A stretch of DNA of 64,000 nucleotides from assembly GCA_039586795.1 (NCBI GenBank), contig JBDHJS010000004.1, forward strand, positions 32,001 to 96,000. The letters run 5' to 3'. This stretch comes from Gemmatimonadota bacterium. GTDB taxonomy: Bacteria > Gemmatimonadota > Gemmatimonadetes > Palauibacterales > KS3-K002. The notes below the pieces were generated by a model. That model made no database searches. It saw only the letters and a list, made by a program, of their open reading frames with translations, and had not been told where the DNA came from. How positions within the stretch are numbered: the first letter of the stretch is position 1; the number at the start of each line of letters is the position of its first letter. Positions 59,454-64,000 of this stretch are shown here, piece after piece. A program made the translations under genes and the position numbers.

Positions 59454-60218
59454 GTGAAGAGTCGCTCTGAGCCCCTGGGGCCGGAGCGCGACCTAAACCT
59501 GCACGGTAAGGCGTGGCTGGCGCTGGGCATCGGACCCCAGCGAGCAGTGCCGGCGCTCGCTCCACTGAAGGTGCCGCTGTCGGAAGCGCGGCTGGCGCTC
59601 GTGACCACGGGTGGGTTCGTACCGCCCGGTGGAGAACCGTTCGAGACCGGCAAGTTAGGCGACGCGAGCTACCGGGAGATTCCATCCGACATCGATGTAG
59701 ATACGCTTCAGATTCACCACCCCCACTACGACATCGAAATCGCGAAAGCGGACGTCAACACGATTTTCCCACTTCCGCTTGCTAGGGAGCTCGTGAGAGA
59801 AGGTCATATTGGGGATCTGGCTTCGACGCACTTCTCGTTCATGGGCTACATTCCGCTGACCCGGAATCTTGAAAAGAACGCCGCTCCTCGTGTTGCCGGG
59901 CGGCTCAAACAAGAGGAAGTGGATGCGGTTCTCCTGACCCCGGCTTGACCGACATGCAACCGGACCGTTGGTCTGGTGGCCCGCGAAATAGAAAGACACG
60001 GTATTTCCACGATTTGCGTTCTAAACCTTCAGAAGGTCGCGGACCGAATCCTTCCGCCGCGTACGCTGCTGGTGAACCGCCCCATGGGGGCGTTGCTGGG
60101 CGATCCTAATGACAGCATCGGACAGCGGGCACTTGTACAGTCAGCACTATCTATGCTGGGCGACGCCACGGTGCTGCCCGGCGAGATCAGGATCTACCAA
60201 CCCTCGGGAAATCCCTGA
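59454..60218 (+). CDS. Glycine/sarcosine/betaine/D-proline reductase selenoprotein B family protein (PrdB-like), Sec at 59946-59948
   Basis: The two ORF-track pieces are in one frame; TGA readthrough gives VDAVLLTPA-U-PTCNRTVGLVAREIE..GISTI; LALVTTGG, H.HYD....DVN.IFP and PPRTL motifs; hairpin follows the TGA. Confidence 0.85.
59956..59980 (+). promoter_or_regulatory. Bacterial SECIS-like hairpin
   Basis: ACCGGACC-GTT-GGTCTGGT 8-bp stem; the loop starts with GT, 18 nt after the TGA. Confidence 0.75.
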
Positions 60219-60260
60219 CCGCATAGTCGCTTGTTTTAGGGTCGGACTACCAGGAAGGAA

Positions 60261-60482
60261 GTGTCTATGAGGGAACTGCGAACGATGCTTCCCGGCTTGT
60301 TCGATGGCGAGCATATCTTCACAATGGACCCGCTGGACGCGGGCAGGCGAACTCGATTGGTGCATCGTGAGGAGTTCAGAGGTGTTCTGGTGCCGCTCTT
60401 TTGGGGGAGCCTGGATACTGCCACGCGTCAGGGATTCGAGGAGATGAACTTGGCTTTGAAGAAACGGGTGGAAGAGGCGTGA
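60261..60482 (+). pseudogene. C-terminal half of an SRPBCC/polyketide cyclase-like protein
   Basis: PGLFDGEH.F...TRLVHREEFRG.LVP...GFEEMN.ALK matches the second half of this family; only 42 bp upstream, so no room for the N-half. Confidence 0.55.
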
Positions 60483-60520
60483 GCAGTACGTCTGTATCAC
60501 ATAGCTCAACGGAGGCGACG

Positions 60521-61036
60521 ATGGCCCGGTTCACATCGCTCTTAGAAGAGACTCTGGAGGCGTGGGCGGACGTCCGTGAGGGACTCATCGAGGAAGTGGA
60601 GAATATCCCGGGTGAGCATTTCGATTTCCGACCGACGGACGAGGTCAAGAACGTCGCAGAGCTAGTGCAACATATTCTCGAAGTCGCGCTCATGATGACC
60701 GGCGAGCTTACGCGGCCCGATACCGATTTCCTGCGTCTGCCTTGGCCAGAACTGCTCGATCACTACGCGGCGCACGTGAGCGAGGTGACTGCGAAAGCCG
60801 ACCTGCTTGATCTCCTGCGTTCCTCGTTCAGCGAAGCGGAGAGGGCATTCCTCGATGTTGGTGAACTGCATATGCTGCAATTCATCATCCGATTTGACGG
60901 TCAGGCCGGCACTCGACTCGCCTGGCTGCAGCACGGGATTGCTCACGAAATGTACCATCGCGGCCAACTCGGTCTTTACCAGCGACTGATGGGCTTTGAA
61001 CCTGCGCTCACGAAACGAATTCGCTCGCTAGGGTAG
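60521..61036 (+). CDS. DinB family protein
   Basis: GGAGG SD; DFRPT...VAELVQHI and HGIAHEMYHRGQL..Y.R..G..P motifs. Confidence 0.88.
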   Translation: MARFTSLLEETLEAWADVREGLIEEVENIPGEHFDFRPTDEVKNVAELVQHILEVALMMTGELTRPDTDFLRLPWPELLDHYAAHVSEVTAKADLLDLLRSSFSEAERAFLDVGELHMLQFIIRFDGQAGTRLAWLQHGIAHEMYHRGQLGLYQRLMGFEPALTKRIRSLG

Positions 61037-61141
61037 GCTCGCGATTGCCTTGCACTGGGTCAAAGGGCATCTTGGTCCGCAGCCCTGACCCAATTCGGCT
61101 AGGGAGAAGCAGGCGCTGATGGTGGATCGGGACAGCGGAGA

Positions 61142-62704
61142 GTGGATGTGATACCCGAAAACCTGTCCTCCGCGGTCGCCGAGCACTACAGGCTCGAGCG
61201 CGTCTTGGGCCGCGGTGGTATGGCGACCGTATACGAGGCGTGGGACGAGCGTCACGGTCGCCGGGTCGCCGTCAAAGTCGTGAATCCGGAACTCGCCGTA
61301 TCGCTTGCCGGTGAACGATTCCTGCAGGAGATCCGGATCGTCGCTCGCCTCACACATCCCAACATCCTGACCCTACACGATTCCGGCGCGGCCGACGGCT
61401 TCCTGTACTATGTGATGCCGTATGTTGATGACACGTTGAGGGCGCGTCTCGGGCGCGAGTGTATTCTTCCGCCTGATGTCGCCCTGGAGATCGTGAGCGA
61501 AGTCGCGGAGGCGCTGGACTACGCGCACCGCAACGGCGTTGTCCACCGCGACATAAAACCAGAGAACATCCTCATATCCGCGGGCCACGCGGTCGTCGCT
61601 GATTTCGGTGTCGCGCGGGCGGTGAGCACGGCAGGCGGCGACCGGCTTACCCGCACCGGCCACCCGGTAGGAACGCTCGGCTACATGAGCCCGGAGCAGG
61701 CGGCCGGCCGTAGTGACCTTGACGAGCGGACCGACGTCTACAGCCTGGCCTGCGTTTTCTACGAGATGCTGGTTGGCGAGCCGCCAGGTGCTTGGATAAG
61801 GGATGAGGCCGGTGAGCTGGGGCGGTTCATCGACGCGCCACCCGATCACCGTGACAGACTCGACAATCTGCCGGGCTTTGTGGAGGCGAATCTGGTGAAG
61901 GCGATGCGGCTTCTTCCGCAGGACCGATACCGAAGTGCCGGCGAGTTGAGCGCAGCGCTGACGAGCGCGTTCGCTGGCGGCCCAAGGTACAGCGAGGAAG
62001 AGGCGCATCAGATAGTCCGGCGAGCAGCTGAGCTTGACGCCCGGCCGACCCGTGACAGTGCCCTGTCGCTGGGGGGTATCCAACAAATCGCCGCTGAGGC
62101 CGGCATACCTTCCCAGCACGTGCGAGAAGCTGCTTCGGAACTGGCACGGTCTGAGCCGAAGATCAGTACGGGCGGATATCTCGGCCGCACAGGCAAGATC
62201 GAGCTCGAAGGGCTGGTCGAGGGCGAGGTATCAGAAAGCCAGTACGGCGCCGTCCTGGAGGAGATACGGAGGTCCATCGGTCAGGCAGGTCACGTCCACG
62301 AGACTTTCGATGACTCGTTCTCATGGGAGTTCAAGCCCGGCTTTGGCGAGTGGACTCGGCGGGTACAGGTCACTCTGCGGCCGCGAGACGGCCAAACCAG
62401 AATATGGATCGTCGAGCACCCCGGCGCTGAGGATGAGCTGAAGATCGCCTCGGTAGCAGGTGGCGCCGTGCTCGCCGGGGCTGCGTTTGCCGCTGTCTTC
62501 AACATAGGAGGCGACCTCGCCATCGGTGCGGGAGTTCTTCTGGGCGGCGCCGCGTTTACTGCACAGTACACCGCTTTCCGCCTCTGGTACCGCAGGTTTC
62601 TCGGGAAGCGTTCGCGTGTGCTCAGCGAGCTTGGCGAACGCATCGCAAACCTGGTCACCGGTTCCGGGAAGGCAGTCCTGCCGGCGCCGAAAGACGAACG
62701 GTAG
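61142..62704 (+). CDS. Hanks-type Ser/Thr protein kinase with C-terminal 2-TM domain
   Basis: LGRGGMATVY, VAVK, HRDIKPEN, DFG, GTLGYMSPEQ and DVYSL motifs; two hydrophobic helices near the C-terminus. Confidence 0.92.
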   Translation: MDVIPENLSSAVAEHYRLERVLGRGGMATVYEAWDERHGRRVAVKVVNPELAVSLAGERFLQEIRIVARLTHPNILTLHDSGAADGFLYYVMPYVDDTLRARLGRECILPPDVALEIVSEVAEALDYAHRNGVVHRDIKPENILISAGHAVVADFGVARAVSTAGGDRLTRTGHPVGTLGYMSPEQAAGRSDLDERTDVYSLACVFYEMLVGEPPGAWIRDEAGELGRFIDAPPDHRDRLDNLPGFVEANLVKAMRLLPQDRYRSAGELSAALTSAFAGGPRYSEEEAHQIVRRAAELDARPTRDSALSLGGIQQIAAEAGIPSQHVREAASELARSEPKISTGGYLGRTGKIELEGLVEGEVSESQYGAVLEEIRRSIGQAGHVHETFDDSFSWEFKPGFGEWTRRVQVTLRPRDGQTRIWIVEHPGAEDELKIASVAGGAVLAGAAFAAVFNIGGDLAIGAGVLLGGAAFTAQYTAFRLWYRRFLGKRSRVLSELGERIANLVTGSGKAVLPAPKDER

Positions 62705-62746
62705 TCCGAACGCGGGCCGCCGCCATTCAAGACTATACTTTACGGC

Positions 62747-62776
62747 TTGTTAGGGGTACTTTGGCTGCTTGATAAT
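62747..62776 (+). promoter_or_regulatory. Putative promoter, leaderless transcript of the second kinase
   Basis: TTGTTA-N18-GATAAT-N5-ATG, no SD. Confidence 0.45.
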
Positions 62777-62781
62777 TGCCT

Positions 62782-64000
62782 ATGACAGAGATACCTGAGG
62801 CCCTCAGAGCGGCCCTACCCAGGAGATACCAGCTGCAACGCGTCGTGGGGCGCGGCGGAATGGCCACGGTCTATATGGCGGACGACGTGCGCCACGACCG
62901 CCCCGTGGCGGTTAAGGTATTGCACCCTGAGCTCACGGCTTCGATCGCCGGTGGCCGGTTCCTGAAGGAGATCGGCTTCTCCGCCCAGCTCACCCATCCC
63001 CACGTGCTGACGCTCATCGACTCGGGAGACGCGGACGGTTTCCTCTACTACGTTATGCCATACGTGGACGACTCGCTGCGCGCGCTGTTGGAGCGAAAGG
63101 GGAACCTGGATCCGCGGAAGGTGCTGGAACTGTCCTGCGAGGTGGCGGATGCTCTCGGCTACGCGCACCGCAGCGGTATCGTGCACCGCGACATCAAGCC
63201 GGAGAACATCTTGCTGGCGGAGGGGCACGCGGTCGTTGCCGATTTCGGTGTCGCTAAGGCGATCAGCACGGCGGGCGGGGACCGTATGACACGCACGGGC
63301 TATCCCGTGGGGACGCTCGGCTACATGAGCCCGGAGCAGGCGGCGGGCCGATCCGACCTGAACGAACGGACGGACATTTACAGCCTGGCCTGCGTGGCAT
63401 ACGAGATGCTGATTGGTGAGCCGCCGGGTATGTGGGTCACGGAAGAGGCTGGGCGGTTGCAGCGCTTCATCGACGCGCCGCCACGGCAACGGCTAAAGCT
63501 GGATGCGCTGCCGGGCTTGCTGGAGAACGCTCTGGTGACCGCGATGCGGCTGCGACCGGAAGAGCGCTACATGACGGCCGGCGAGTTTGCGGAGGCGCTG
63601 GAGGCGGCGTTCAGCGCCAAGAAGAAGATCTACAACGAGCTGGAGGCACAACAGATCGTGCGGCGCGCCGCCGAACTGGAGGCGACGCAGGACCGCCACG
63701 CGGAGGCGGCGATGACGCTCGGCGGAGTCGAGCAGCTGGCTGCCGAGGTGGGGATCGCGCCGGAGTTGGTTCGCGATGCCGTGCGCCGAGAGGCTCCAGT
63801 CCCGCTGGTCGAGTTGCAGCCTACCGATCCGAAAGAAGGAATAGAGAAGGGCGGCTTCTTCGGGTTCACCGGCAAAGTGGAGATGGAACGCACCGTCGAG
63901 GGCGACCCGTCCAGCGAAGTCTACGCGCTCCTCCTCGAGGAGATCCGCGATACCGTAGGCGAATCCGGGCATCTCAACGAGACGATGAGCCGGTCTCTGT
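62782..64000 (+). CDS. Second Ser/Thr protein kinase, paralogue of 61142-62704 (3'-truncated; absent from ORF track)
   Basis: Manual translation: MTEIPEALRAALPRRYQLQRVVGRGGMATVY..VAVK..HRDIKPENIL..DFG..GTLGYMSPEQ; no stop seen before the window end. Confidence 0.92.
   Translation, partial: MTEIPEALRAALPRRYQLQRVVGRGGMATVYMADDVRHDRPVAVKVLHPELTASIAGGRFLKEIGFSAQLTHPHVLTLIDSGDADGFLYYVMPYVDDSLRALLERKGNLDPRKVLELSCEVADALGYAHRSGIVHRDIKPENILLAEGHAVVADFGVAKAISTAGGDRMTRTGYPVGTLGYMSPEQAAGRSDLNERTDIYSLACVAYEMLIGEPPGMWVTEEAGRLQRFIDAPPRQRLKLDALPGLLENALVTAMRLRPEERYMTAGEFAEALEAAFSAKKKIYNELEAQQIVRRAAELEATQDRHAEAAMTLGGVEQLAAEVGIAPELVRDAVRREAPVPLVELQPTDPKEGIEKGGFFGFTGKVEMERTVEGDPSSEVYALLLEEIRDTVGESGHLNETMSRSL

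Noticed and set aside
59454..59948. Treating the 164-aa and 80-aa ORFs as two genes or a nonsense pseudogene
   Set aside because: Same frame, TGA at the catalytic UxxC position and a SECIS-like hairpin favour Sec readthrough.
61056..61092. Hairpin TGGGTCA..GGGC/GCCC..TGACCCA before the first kinase
   Set aside because: Single interrupted stem without a U-tract or known motif; not distinguishable from chance at this GC content.

Overview
A GC-rich (roughly 60-65% by eye) bacterial chromosomal segment made almost entirely of housekeeping genes, nearly all on the + strand. Gene content and order suggest Gemmatimonadota, but this is inference only. It holds about 50 CDS: gltP-like symporter, icd, gcdH-like acyl-CoA dehydrogenase, nadA, an M16 peptidase pair, sdaA, an ECF sigma/anti-sigma pair, holA, mutS, cbs, ddl, a divergent EF-G, yebC-ruvCAB-queA-tgt-yajC-def-fmt-thiE-thiS-thiG-rsmB, tsaD, lgt, tamAB, htpX, uvrA and two tandem Ser/Thr kinases. 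It also has a tRNA-Arg(UCG) and the RNase P RNA. No transposase, integrase, prophage or CRISPR array was seen. The most interesting signals are non-coding or recoding: (1) a structured nadA leader resembling an NAD+-I riboswitch aptamer with an SD-sequestering alternative fold; (2) heptamer-repeat inverted arrays of three unrelated unit sequences that begin right after stop codons, one pair bracketing the tRNA gene; (3) an orphan UGA-recoded PrdB/GrdB-family selenoprotein with a clear SECIS-like hairpin, split in two by the ORF track; (4) non-canonical start codons for def (ATA) and probably rsmB (CTG); (5) several sigma70-type promoters with GAnnnT rather than TAnnnT at -10; (6) an EF-G paralogue with an altered G4 motif. 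All calls come from reading the sequence by eye; no searches were run.
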